Shown: positions 51,034-64,000 of the stretch, piece after piece
How positions within the stretch are numbered: the stretch's first letter is position 1
Layout of the letters: each line of letters begins with the position of its first letter
Origin: Octopus sinensis
Taxonomy: Eukaryota
Length of the DNA: 64,000 nt
Assembly: GCF_006345805.1 (NCBI RefSeq)
Contig: NC_043003.1
Location: 25,606,001 to 25,670,000, forward strand
Direction: 5' to 3'
The notes under the pieces: generated by a model
What the model saw: only the letters and a program-made list of their open reading frames with translations
Told to the model about the DNA's origin: nothing
Databases searched by the model: none
Position numbers and translations under genes: made by a program

Positions 51034-52233
51034 AGTATAAAAATATATATCGATATAAACATATAAATATTTGTGTATGTGTACATGTGTGCATATAGAT
51101 AAATATGTGTGTGTATCTGAACACATCTTTATTTTTTTTTCTGATTCTTGGCTTATAATTAATATATAGATAGCATGTTTATCTTTCCAGTGTTCTATAA
51201 GTAAATGCCCAGAGCAGTATAAATAGAAACCACCTAATAAGTAAATAATCACAGTATTTGAGGAAGAAAAAACTATGCGATGGGTCTTCTACATCAGAGG
51301 CAACTCTGGACTAAACAAAATATAGGCAAACATACTTCACATTAAAAGATTATCTACTACATAATACTAATAAAGTTGACAGTACATCTTCAAAGTTTCA
51401 TTCCCTGATAAAACTCCATGTATTTTAAACATTTTCTCATTATGCTCTATGACATAGATTGTCCTGATGGAGTTGCCTCTCTTAGCTAAAGACGTCAAAA
51501 CTATGTGACCCGACCTTGTTTTCGAGGTTATTTTTGTGGTAAAAAGAAGTTGTGCAAAAAAAACTTACTTTATTTGGTAGGTGAAAGATTACTGAATCTT
51601 TTGATACCTCATATGTCAAAATCAGCAACTCAGTTTTGAATCCATAAGGAACATACATGCGTGCACATACACACACCCACACAAACACACACACATCCAT
51701 TGTCTTGTTTTAATGCGACTGACTTAAAAACGATGGACAGCTTTTCAACGTGTTATGAAAACTGTCAATTGTCTAGAAGGCAGTCAATGATGATACCAGA
51801 AACAACAACAACAATAACAACAACAATAATAATGATAATAACAACAACAACAGAGGGTGTTATGATTTCTTTGTCACGATGGCACTAAAGTTAAAAAAAA
51901 GTAAATGACAGAATAATGAAGAGACAGAGTGCTTATAAATTTATATATAAACATATCTATACTGTATATGTGTGGGTGTTTTTGTATGTATATGTATATA
52001 TACGTCTAAATATGTATATACCTGTATAAATATATGTGTGTGAATGTGTGCATGTATGTATGTGTATGTGTGTGTGTGTGTGCGTGCGTGTGTGTATGTG
52101 TGTGTGCGTATGAAACAGCCTTAGATTAAAATACCAGTGTGCATAACATAATGTGTATACAAAAATGGAACGGTGGTAATATTTTGTCTGAGAGGAACTT
52201 CTCAGAGAGGCTTTTGTGTGTATATGCATGTGT

Positions 52234-52266
<33 letters not shown>

Positions 52267-52267
52267 A

Positions 52268-52790
<523 letters not shown>

Positions 52791-53368
52791 TCCCCGTACC
52801 AACATTGTTTAACTGTTCAGACTCTTCTCATCATACAACAAATGTACACTCAGGCTCAGAAATTATATTTGCAACTCCTAACAGCGAACTATGTTTCTAT
52901 GAGCAAACTGATGTTTATAACAAAATTAGATTGATGTTTCATCAGAGGAAAATCGTAGAAAGAATAATAAACAAAATTTCACCTGTATTTATAGATACCT
53001 ACTCAATTGTCTTCTCCCTGTTTCACTTAGGAATGGCTTGTAGTCAACCGATGTCTACTTGTCTGAATAGTTACATGACTGGTCTACCCTTTCAGTAAGC
53101 TTATTAACTCGTTAACAGTCGGATATAAAAAAATATTTGTCTATATTTGCCTGGGCCCATTTATGTTGTTAGATTAGCACTTTTCTACTCAAAAGTCAAT
53201 TGCCAATGATATGAATAAATTATCTTCATAGTAGAACGAAAAAAGGCATCACACTTAAATATACATCCCCCGTACAATATATGTATAGATAGTGGCACAT
53301 TGTCCAAAGCAGTGGTATTTATTTCTTAACTTACATGCTTTCATTTTTCTTATTTGGTAAAAATGACC

Positions 53369-53973
53369 GGATCTTTACCTTTTGACCTACAGATTTAAAA
53401 GATAATTTTTTGTAACTAAACACTGTCAAACTTTGGACACTGGTAGAATGTGTCATATAAAACATCTTTTACTCTTAGCATTTTTGAGAAAAACTTATAT
53501 TTACAAAGTTATTTCACGTTAAAGTTTTCGTATTTCGGTAATTTCAACCAATCACTGACGTGTATTCAGCTGAATAAAATTACTGCCGTTGTTTGTCAAC
53601 AACAACTATCGGCGGTGTATTTTTCGTTTGTCACTGTTATTTATGACATCGTTCGTGCGTTTGTACTGGTTTTAAGGGTTTTAGGGTTAGGGTTGCCATA
53701 AATAATAGTGACAAACGAAATATACACCGCCAGAAGTTCTTGTTGACGAATAACAGCAGTAATTTTATTCAGCTGAATACATGTCATTGATTGGTTGAAA
53801 TTACCGAAATAGGACAACTTTAACGTGAAATAACTCTGTAAATATAAGTTTTTCTTTAAAATGCTAAGAGTAAAAGACGTTTTATATGATACATTTTACC
53901 AGTGTCCAAAGTTTGAAGGAGTTTAGTTACAAAAAATTATTTTTTAAATCTGTAGGTTAAAAGGTAAAGGTCC
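53369..53973. mobile_element. 605-bp palindromic MITE with 8-bp TSD (GG-start; Merlin- or hAT-like)
   Basis: ~280-bp inverted arms 53369-53648 / 53694-53973; flanks aaatgacc / aaatgatc (7/8); spacer contains ttttagggttagggtt. Confidence 0.85.
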
Positions 53974-54121
53974 AAATGATCTTTTTGTGTTGCTAAAGTA
54001 TATTGATTCATTTTGAAAAAAAAAATGAGAAAAAAAAGGTACTCATGATAGCTATTTCTAGTATAGATATTTAACTAATTTTTTGTCTTGCCAACCATCT
54101 TTTAAACTACGTTGAATGTCG

Positions 54122-54160
54122 CCGCCCCGCCTCAAAAAGTTGTTCTGCATCGTTCAGTCT
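54122..54160. promoter_or_regulatory. GC-box and Inr-like motifs in CpG-containing unique DNA
   Basis: gccgccccgcc at ~54121-54131 and TCAGT at 54154-54158; motif match only. Confidence 0.2.
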
Positions 54161-54499
54161 TTTCTCATGTATTCGTTTGTTTTACCATCTTCTGCAGGTG
54201 GACTAAATACAAATAAATTTAGTTGTGGCCAATATTCCACCTTTCAGACTTGAATTGTTAAATTACTGTAAAATTTATTCATTTGTCCTTTTCCGTCTTC
54301 TTTTATTTATTTATTGTGATATCAGCTGACGCAGGTGTTAGGTTTGACTAGATATGTATTTTTTTTCTGCATCCTCCGCTTTCTATGGTCAATCGAACTT
54401 ATATTTCATTCCTCAATATCAGAAGACTTTCAGTCGCTAATCCTCAACTATCTTCAATTTTTAATGCTCTACCAGATTATGTTCAATAACAAACATTCT

Positions 54500-55000
54500 T
54501 AATAATGCTTAATCTTATTTCTTTGCTTGCCATAAATATCTCCATTTCTTTTTTCCGACCCATAGCCCAGTATTTGTACAATATGGCAAGTTCGTGAAAG
54601 ATGTTGCTGCATTATCAGAGTCAATGCTGAAAATATTAACTTGTCCAAGCATATTGGCATTCCTCTGTCTCTTCTACCACTGTATGTGCTTAATTTTATG
54701 CAGTCATTTCTACTAGTATATTTCCATTTTATTGGAGACATCTATAATTCATCCGCATCTCAAGAGCCGCATAAGAGAGTGATTACAACACACAACAGTT
54801 GTGTTATATGCTATAAATTTGATTGTATGTCTCACATCACGAGCGTCAAATACCCGTCTTCTCAGATGATCGAATGTTTTCCTAACACATTATATTTAGT
54901 GTTGCTTCACATCGTCAAATATCTGCATTATGTGATAGATGGCTACCTACATATGGAAGTATTCGACATTTTCTATCATCTGTCCATGTACCCGAATGGC
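54500..55000 (-). pseudogene. Very old RTE-like ORF2 C-terminal remnant
   Basis: ITLLCGS* (~TLLYGSETW) and ILGYGSEKRNGDIYGKQRNKIKHY (~ILYGEL..G.R..GRP..RY); weak. Confidence 0.4.
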
Positions 55001-55734
55001 TAGACTAGGTTCCTGTTAGTTCGGTGCTTGTTGATATAAGATCTGTATTTTACTGACCGTATATACTCGTATAAAAGTCCATTTTAGATCATTTTTATGG
55101 TCCAATTTATGGGGTCAACTATTCCATGGATACTACTTTTGAGGGGCTAAAATTAAAGCTAGAATCTGAAGCACCGTATCAGCAACAGAAGTCCAACTGA
55201 TCTCTAAGCGAATAAAAACAAAAAACAATGAATTACAGTAATATTAGCAATTCTATGCATCAAGACACACGTCCTAGTAAATATCAAAACCTTTATACAA
55301 GACCACGTAGTTCTTAGAAATATCTAAACTTTCTCTTTTAACTGTATCCATCAAACGTAGACTAGTTGAGTGAAATCAATTTATATCTCATAATTATGTT
55401 ATATCACCATCAGTAATATATCTACCTGGTACCAGCATACCACTACCTACCGTAATACGGTACATACAGTTGATAACTACTCGGCGTGTTTCAAACGAAG
55501 TTTGCAGAATGTTGTGTTCAGTTACCAGTAAATGTCCATAGTATGGTGTAGAGTTATTAACCTGGAGCAGGGATTCCCGAAGTGTGTTCTTCAAAACCCC
55601 AAGGTTCCCTGAAAGTTATCAAGAGTTCCACGTTTTTAAAAATAATGTCGAAGGATTCTGCGACAAAAAAAATGTTTTTAGGCGGTAGCGGACGCTTAGT
55701 GAAATTCTCCCCCCCCTCTCTCTCTCTCTCTCTC

Positions 55735-56667
55735 TGTCATATATAACAAAAATACCGACGTAGCAAATAACAGCTAACCTTCGGCCGCTTGGGCCCTGTT
55801 GTGTCCACAACTCTGATTGATTGGTATTGGCGCAGTTTGTCTCTTGATCTATTACGTGCCAAAGTGCAACCCAACCAATCGCAGCCTTCTGTTAAGGTCC
55901 CGTGACACAGTCTTCTAAATGCTCCGTTTGAGCCTATTATTTGCTATAAAAGCTTCAGCGATTTACCGTATCTCATCTTTGGTTCTAGACCTCCTAAGAT
56001 CTCACCACTGACCACAGAGCAGTTCCAGCGACGCAGCCAGTTCCAGCGACAGACAACACCGCAACATTCCGGACCGCCACCACCGTCGCCTTCATCTTAA
56101 CGACGCCAACAGCAACTTCGCCTAGGTTTAACTTCTCACTGTTTGTGAATATTTCACCATGGTTAACAGTAAGCTCAACCTGCGAGTACCTTCTGTACCA
56201 AGTAACCCGGCACAGCATCGAAGCCACAACACAACGCATTCAACCGGCTCTGCAATTGTCACCTCAACTTCTTGTACAGAACTTCAACTATTGTGTACCT
56301 TACTACGAACTGGTATATATCTTCATCTTGTGTCTGAACATTCATCTAGCGTCCTATTGTAGACTCATCTCTATGCTCTGTATTTTGTCTCACACGCATA
56401 CACTCTTGTTTGCACACACCTACACATTATGTATGCTTGACGGCCTTTCTGTTATTATTGTTATTATTATATGTGTATTTATGACGCGCACACAGACACA
56501 CTCTGCTAACACACATACACTTATTGTATGCATGACGGCCTGTCTATTATTATTGTTCTTATTATATATGTACTTATGTCGCACACACAGAAACACTCTG
56601 CTAACATCTAAATAAACCTTTCTCTAAACATTCTACGGTTGTGTAGTCTTTCTTTTCCTTTCTGACA
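55735..56667 (+). mobile_element. Solo LTR (~930 bp)
   Basis: TGTCA...TGACA ends; CCAAT 55875, TATAAAA 55945 and AATAAA 56611 in LTR order; internal ~90-bp duplication at ~56420-56610; CpGs retained. Confidence 0.7.
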
Positions 56668-58479
56668 CTGATATTCATTTATACATATTTTGGATTTTAT
56701 TGTAAGGAGTCATTCATTCATCACCTCTCCTTTCGCATGGTCGTTCTACACACTTTCCGCAATTACGAACTCTTATGATTATGATAACAACTATGTTGAT
56801 CATAATTGTGTTTATAAGCTATGAGTTTTTCGAGTTTACAACACACACACATATTTGTGTGTGTGTGTGTGTGTGTAATCTTTCTGATATACTACGTCTA
56901 ATTTTCCTTTGTATCGACAAATAGTACTCACTCGCCCATAAATTTAGGGAATAACTGCAGAGGGGTGTCTCTTCAGATTTGTTTTCTCATGGCGTTGTGA
57001 AAAATGTATATTTATGAATGAAAGTTTCTATAAATGCGGTGTAGATTACAATTGTATCGAAATTTGTTGTGAAAAACTATGTGAAAGAGGAGTTTCAATA
57101 ATTTACACGCTTCAGTTTTGTTTCCTCATATCGCTCAGAAAAATGGGTATTTTTAGTGAAATTTTCAATAAATAACTTTCGAATGGTTCAAATTACAAAT
57201 ATATTGGAATTTGATATGGGAAAAAAAGGTGGGGGCGGATATTTCACGCATTTCGACTTTGTTTACTTGACACGTTTTGATGATGTAAAAACAATTATAT
57301 TAAAAAAACGTTCCATTTGTGGCCCATGTGACCCTTGTTTCTAGCATACCAAACGATCACGTAGAGAACGGACCGTTTTGAGTTTGTTTAAAAGAGAGAG
57401 TTTAAGAATGCAATAAAATAATGAACGAAATATTATCATTCAATAATTAGTGTTAGCATTGTACTCGACTTTCTACAAATATTTCTTTCGGGAAATTTTC
57501 GGGAAGGGGTTTAATTGCCTTCAAAGGTAATGTTTTTCAACGTCATTGTAATTAAATTATCAAAACGTACCAGGAAAACGAAGTGGAGATGCATAAAATA
57601 TAACCCCTTTCCATTTGCTTTATACTATCTCTTATATAATCGTAATCTACATAGTGTGAAAGTATTTTTTTTTAAATTTCATTACAAAATACCCATTTTT
57701 TAAAATTCAACTTACTATTTTCTTCAACAAAACCCAGCAAATATAAATGGGTACTGGAAGCAACATAATTTGGCTGACACGAGATTAATCTTATTTGTAG
57801 AAAATAGCGTTGCATATATTTGGGCAACCTTTATATCTCCGGAAGTATAAAAACGTCAAGAAACTCAACCCCCAGTAAAGTGAAATGTGGCATTTAATAA
57901 AAAATAAGATATGTAATTAAAGCATGTGCTTAAAGTATTCAATAATAAAAAAAACCAGAAAACCGCATTTTGATAAGAATATATTAAACTTAGAATTTAT
58001 AAAATGTTTTAGAAAGTCCATACTTTAGTAATTGCTTTCTTTTAGCAAAGATACGTAATTCAAACTAGCTAATCAGTAGATTTCTTTATTATAGTGTAGA
58101 TATATGACTATACGTAACTTTTTCTTTTCCGTCCCAAATAACAATGTCAGGTGTGTTATGTTTGCATTTGGTAGAAAATTTTGGTGGAAATGTTACATCA
58201 ATATTTCTTTTGTTGATGAGAGCGTAAGTATTTCACATCAGAAGAGCTTATATTTATCCCAAGGTCAGTCTTTTCTGCGGATGGCATTGCAAACCATTTT
58301 AGCATTAACATCCTGCCGCAGTGGGAGGTAATATCTCGATGACATTTTTGGAAAGCTGCTGGTTACATATGTTGTGTCATTTACACATGCATATATATTT
58401 GTATGTAGGGGGACAAGGTTATCAAACTGTTTGTATGAAAGTATGTATATAGTATACATGCATACAAATAGTATCTATG

Positions 58480-58780
<301 letters not shown>

Positions 58781-58918
58781 TGCATAAGCACGTACGTGTG
58801 TGTACGCAGAGAACCCATACTATCAGAGAAACTGATATATTGCTGGAACCACTAAAGTATGGAGAGATATGCACTACAGCATAGATGAGAAATGATAATA
58901 ATAATGATGATGATGATA

Positions 58919-58949
<31 letters not shown>

Positions 58950-59120
58950 GGAGGAGGAGGAGGAGGAGGAGGAGGAGGAGGATGACAGGAATCAATCTAG
59001 AGATACATTATAACGCATACAAATGAAAAAAGATAAGGAAAGAATATTACAGACGAGTTAGATTAATACTTAAAACGAAAAGCGAAAATAAAATAATTGG
59101 TATCAATAATAATTGGCCTG

Positions 59121-61353
59121 AATGTCTCTCCTCGCCAGACGTCGACATGAAACTTCAACAATTCATGTCTGTAATGCAAGCCATATGCTACAAATGTGTC
59201 CCAGAGAGAAAGGCCACTGTACACAAGAGAAAAATCCCCCAAAAGAGGAAAATTCTAATGAGACGGCGTACAAAAGTTTCAAATCGTCTAAACAAACAAA
59301 TTGAAAGCAGTGAAAAGTCCCGCCTGAAAATAAAACTGTTGGAAATTGAAAAATGTCTGCAACTCTCCCATGAAAAAGAAAGAGCAGACAAGGAAGCCTG
59401 GGCTATAGACAACATAAAATCTAACCCCAGAGCTTTCTACAGGTATGCCAAAGAAACAGCTACGGTGCACTGTAGGATAGGGCCACTCCTTGAAAAGGAT
59501 GGCACACTCACAGGAAATCCAATGAGGGTAAGTGAAATACTAAATGAGCCATTCAAGAGTATTTTCACTCCACCCCTAGGGCATTTTCAAGTCAGCAATC
59601 CAACTGACTTCTTTTCCACTGCAGATATAAAATCAGAGGCAGCGATGATTGATTACATCAATATAAAGGAAGACGATGTAATAAAGGCTATTGATGAAAT
59701 GAAAACAAACTCAGCTACTGGCCCCGATGGATTCCCAGCAATCCTTCTAAAAGTATGTAAGAGAGTCCTAGCAAGACCACTGCAGTTCCTCTTTCAGAGC
59801 TTCCTTGCAACTGGCAAACTTCCAAGAAAACTGAAGGAAGGTAAAATATGCCCTATTCATAAAGGAGGTAGCAGAGCGGAGGCCAAGAACTACAGACCTA
59901 TCTCTCTGACCTCACACATCAGCAAGGTCATGGAACGAATAGTCAGAAGGAAACTAATCACCTTCCTTGAAGAAAATGACTTGCTGCCTGATACCCAACA
60001 TGGTTTCCGACCAGGAAGAAGCTGCTTAACTCAGCTCCTACAACACTATGACTGGGTGCTGAAACGACTGCTTAACCACTCAAATGTGGAAGTGATATAT
60101 CTCGACTTTGCAAAGGCCTTTGATAAAGTCGATCATGGAATTCTATGTCACAAACTGCATGATCTTGGCATAGTTGGAAAATTGGGAGAATGGCTTCATG
60201 ACTTTCTGAAGGATAGAAGTCAGGTGGTAGTAGCCAATGGGGCCACTTCCATTAACACGCAAATAGTGAGCGGTATTCCGCAAGGCACTGTTTTGGGACC
60301 ACTACTGTTCATAATAGCCCTCTCAGACATGCCCTCAGCCACGCAGAGAGTCACGATCACAAGTTATGCAGATGATACAAAAGTTTCACAGGCAATACAG
60401 AACCCTGAAGACACTATGCACCTGCAATGTGAGCTGGACAAAATATACTAGTGGGCTGAAAAGAATAGCATGCAGTTCAATGCTGAAAAGTTTCAAGCTT
60501 TATGCTATCAGCATGCAAAACTAAATGCAATATTCAATAAATACACTGGACCTGGAGGAATTGCAATCCCAGAGGCAGTCAGAGCGAAACCTGGGTATTT
60601 ACATGAGTGATGATGCAACCTTTCATGTGCATGTTGCTAAATTGGCAATGAAATGTAAGCGGCTGACCGGATGGATTCTTAGAACCTTTAGAACAAGAGA
60701 CCAAGAAACCACGATGGTCCTCTGGGGGACACTTGTCCTAAACCACTTTGACTATTGCTTTCAGCTATGGTCACCATCCAGTGTCAAGTTAATCAGAGAA
60801 CTTGAGGCGATCCAACGAAGCTACACGAAGAAGATAGCCTCTGTGCAGCATATAAGCTATTAGTAAAGACTCAAGAGATTAAGACTCTATCCCTTAGTGC
60901 GTAGGCGAGAAAGATATGCCATAATATACATCTAGAAGATCCTAGAAGGACTTGTCCCAAACTTTGGCATCGAGAGTTACACAAATGCCAGAACTGGGCG
61001 CCACTGCATAGTGCCAAGGACTCCAAATTTGCCATCAAGATGTAGGACAAGATACTGTGATAGCCTGGGCTTCCGAGGCCCACAACTCTTCAATATCCTC
61101 CCGAAGAACCTAAGAGACCTGCATGGGGTGGATGCAGATGTCTTTAAAATAAAACTGGATCTCTTCTTGTCAGGTGTCCCAGATGAACCAACTTCACGAT
61201 AGGAGGTGCAGATGAGGGCAGCTGCATCAAACTCTCTCATGCACCAAATGGCAATTGCTAAAAAGCATTCGTGAAGTAAAATCATGTAGCAACACCAAAT
61301 GGCGGTGCCCCAGCATGGCCACAACTTGTGAGCTGAAACTAGATAAAAAAAAA
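59121..61353 (+). mobile_element. 5'-truncated CR1-type LINE with 3' UTR and poly(A)
   Basis: RT ORF, a C-terminal continuation (SERNLGIYMSDD..LEAIQRSYTKKI..FRGPQLFNILP..FLSGVPDEP) and an A-tail ending at 61353. Confidence 0.92.
59147..60451 (+). CDS. LINE ORF2 reverse transcriptase fragment (434 aa; no endonuclease; premature stop)
   Basis: YRPISLTS, QHGFRPGRSCLTQLL, IYLDFAKAFDKVDH, SGIPQGTVLGPLLF, YADDTK. Confidence 0.9.
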   Translation: MKLQQFMSVMQAICYKCVPERKATVHKRKIPQKRKILMRRRTKVSNRLNKQIESSEKSRLKIKLLEIEKCLQLSHEKERADKEAWAIDNIKSNPRAFYRYAKETATVHCRIGPLLEKDGTLTGNPMRVSEILNEPFKSIFTPPLGHFQVSNPTDFFSTADIKSEAAMIDYINIKEDDVIKAIDEMKTNSATGPDGFPAILLKVCKRVLARPLQFLFQSFLATGKLPRKLKEGKICPIHKGGSRAEAKNYRPISLTSHISKVMERIVRRKLITFLEENDLLPDTQHGFRPGRSCLTQLLQHYDWVLKRLLNHSNVEVIYLDFAKAFDKVDHGILCHKLHDLGIVGKLGEWLHDFLKDRSQVVVANGATSINTQIVSGIPQGTVLGPLLFIIALSDMPSATQRVTITSYADDTKVSQAIQNPEDTMHLQCELDKIY

Positions 61354-62049
61354 TACTCTACCTGTCCCAGTTATAAGTTACAGCTATAATATTCTTAATT
61401 GAACTCTAAATGAACCAGCCAAACTAGACGGGAAAACAAGAAAAATAATGATGGAATTTAGGATACATCGCCCAAAATCTGTCATATAAAGGTTATATAT
61501 TCAAGGAATTGAAGGTAGTAGAGATCTTGTAGAACTAGAAAATTATAATGAAATATCTACCGGAGGACTTCAGAAATATCCAACTCAGAACCAGGGAAAA
61601 CTAGTAAACAGAGCATGAGCAAAACAAAAAACAGTTTTCGGTCTTCAAAGAAGATGAACAATACAAGAGGTCGTAACACCTGACAACAATGAAGAAAAAG
61701 AGGAAACTACAAAATCTATAAAGCAACTAAAATTCAAATTAAAACTAGAACAAAATATGATGGCGTAAAAACAAATTTTTAACATTCATCGTTAATGTTG
61801 TACTTAGCGTGGCCATAGCTTCGTTTGCAAGTACGCAGCGAAAATCTACGTTGTGTCAACGTTAGTTAGGTATTCTAGCTGCGTCGGTTTCTCTACTGCG
61901 CTGCCATATTGGGTTGAATTTGTTGAGTGACATCACGTGAATACTCAACGCCCATAGTTATCGGAGAGGTATCAGTGAAATGAAAGTCGTACATTTACTT
62001 TGTAAATCGGTCAAAGTGTTTAACGAACTTAACTGCGGTAGCTGATATT

Positions 62050-63075
62050 AAGAAGAATGGTAGGCAATATCCACAGGGATTTTTAAAGTTTGGACTCCTA
62101 CTTTCGTTTCCGAATACTGTAATAATACGTTTACGAATACTTATGTGCCTGCTATGTGGAAATATTTTCTGTAACGATGCCATGAAACTTGTGAAGACGT
62201 GAAGACTATATTTCAGAAATCTTCACTCGAATAGGAAAAATAATAAATAACAATTTTGAATTTTTTTAAGGTGTTGAAAGAAAAAAATTAGAAAGTAACT
62301 GATTTTTAACATATTTTTAAAGCAACTACCAGTAATGATGGAGGACTGAAGGCATTGTGCAATTTCTTTCAATATAGTAAAGAACAATCGTATGCTATTA
62401 GCGGAAAGATTAGCCTTTCTACTATAAGCACAAGGGCTGAAATTGTGGTGAAGGGAACAAGTCGATTACATCGACCCCAGTATTTCACTAGTACTTAATT
62501 TATCGACCCCGAACAGAATTCAAACTCAGAACGCAGCGATGGGCGAAATACCGCTAAGCATTTTGTCCAGCGTGCTGACGACTCTGTCAGCTCGCCACCT
62601 TAGCGGGAAAATGATATCAGTAATTGAAGAAATGATTGAAAAGACTCGGTTTGTTCTAAAATGTCTGCCACTAAATGTAAATACAATACAATGACGCTTT
62701 GGTGCAAAGGCCGTCAATATCGCTAGATTCCCATCCGACTCAATGAGTCGACTTCAGATGATTTTATACTGTAGTCTACATGAGGGACATTGTCCATTTC
62801 TAAAGTAAAAATTTGTTTGTCAAATGACAAAGCTGATGAGAAAGTCGAGGCAGTTTTTCAATGTTTGGGAGATTATTTTAAGAAGCACAATGCTCTCCTC
62901 TGGCATACATTACAATAATGGCTATTGTCGGTGGACCAACAATGGCTGGCCATTATAAATGATTTGCTGTCGTATTCAAGAAAGTAGTCTCCAATATGCG
63001 TATTGGTCACTCTGTATTACTCAGACACCATCTTGTATCGCATAAACTCTGCGGTGAACTACATGATACCTTAAA
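62050..63075 (+). pseudogene. Decayed hAT Buster/Charlie-like transposase interrupted by a SINE
   Basis: RQYPQGFLKFG..MCLLCGNIFCNDAMK (BED finger), LPLNVNTIQ*R, IRLNEST (~LQLDEST), FQCLGDYFKKH, GGPTMAG..GHSVLLRHHLVS (~DGA.AM.G..HC..HR..LA). Confidence 0.65.
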
Positions 63076-63333
63076 AGTATGTATCAGAACAACCAATCAA
63101 ATAAAATACATCCTGATTCGCCATTAGTTTGCTGTGTTTCTTCTTTTCTTTTTTTTTTCTTTTTAATTATTTCAGTCATTGAACTATGGCCATGCTGGGG
63201 CACCTCCTTGAAGGGTTTCAGTGGAACCAATTGGTCCCAGTACTTATTTTGTCAGTCTCTTGAATAGAGCCGCTAAGTTACAGGAACGTAAGCAAACTAA
63301 CACGGTGGTCAAGTGGTGGCGGGAGACAAACAT

Positions 63334-63397
<64 letters not shown>

Positions 63398-63416
63398 GAC
63401 AGACTTAATTCAGTTT

Positions 63417-63652
63417 CCTATTTCTTTACTGCCCACAAGGGGCTGAACATAGAAGGGACAAACAAGGACAGACAAACTGATTAAGTCGATTACATCGACC
63501 CCAGTGCGTAACTAGTACTTAGTTTATCGACCTCGAAAGGATGAAAGGCAAAGTCGACCTCGGCGGAATTTGAACTCAGAACGTAAAGACGGACGAAAAA
63601 TTGCTAAGCATTTCGCCCAGCGTGCTAACATTTCTGCCAGCTCGCCGCCTTG
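63417..63652 (-). mobile_element. SINE family D, long-tail copy
   Basis: Reverse complement of the 50807-51033 type. Confidence 0.8.
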
Positions 63653-64000
63653 ACTTAATTCAGTTTCCGTCAATCAAATCCACTCACACGACTCTGGTCG
63701 GTCCCGGGCTCTAGTAGAAGACACTTACCCAAGGTGTCACGTGGCGGAACTGAACTCGGAACTGGGAAGCACTCCGTCGGTTACGACGATGAGGGTTCCG
63801 GTTGATCCGAATCAACGGAAAAGCCTGCTCGTGAAATTAACGTGTAAGTGGCTGAGCACTCCACAGACACGTGCACCCTTAACGTAGTTCTCGGGGATAT
63901 TCAGCGTGACACAGAGAGTGACAAGGCCGGCCCCTTGAAATACAGGTACAACAGAAACAGGAAGTAAGAGTGAGAGAAAGTTGTGGTGAAAGAGTACAGC

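Noticed and set aside
53670-53695. TTAGGG repeats as an interstitial telomere
   Set aside because: Only 2-3 imperfect units, inside a MITE loop.
61420-61780. Purine-rich stretch resembling a LINE endonuclease
   Set aside because: No diagnostic motif could be recovered.

Overview
Eukaryotic, AT-rich DNA saturated with microsatellites and transposons. The tRNA-derived SINE families and RTE LINE tails resemble those I recall from octopod cephalopods; this is an inference, not a search result. I identified no intact host gene, RNA gene or CRISPR array. Almost all ORFs in the supplied track are microsatellite artefacts or TE fragments. LTR elements: a decayed Gypsy (Mag-like) element nested in a decayed Helitron helicase, and solo LTRs. 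Non-LTR retroelements: a young 5'-truncated CR1-type LINE with a 434-aa RT ORF, RTE LINE 3' ends, R4/Dong-like fragments next to (TAA)n, and a Penelope-like GIY-YIG element with inverted terminal arms. DNA transposons: a full-length IR/DR Tc1, a deleted mariner, a DD37D-like 5' end, several hAT relics, two non-autonomous Helitrons, a TTAA piggyBac-type MITE and a 605-bp palindromic MITE with an 8-bp TSD. The structures most worth following up are a locally templated patchwork insertion at ~47.9-48.1 kb, a 490-bp A-B-A-B-A tandem array at 34-35 kb, several foldback/hairpin elements, a SINE-LINE shared 3' tail, an unidentified decayed ORF at 39.1-39.5 kb, and a left-to-right rise in CpG with candidate micro-exons that may mark a large host gene. 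All translations and alignments were done by eye; coordinates of decayed elements are approximate.
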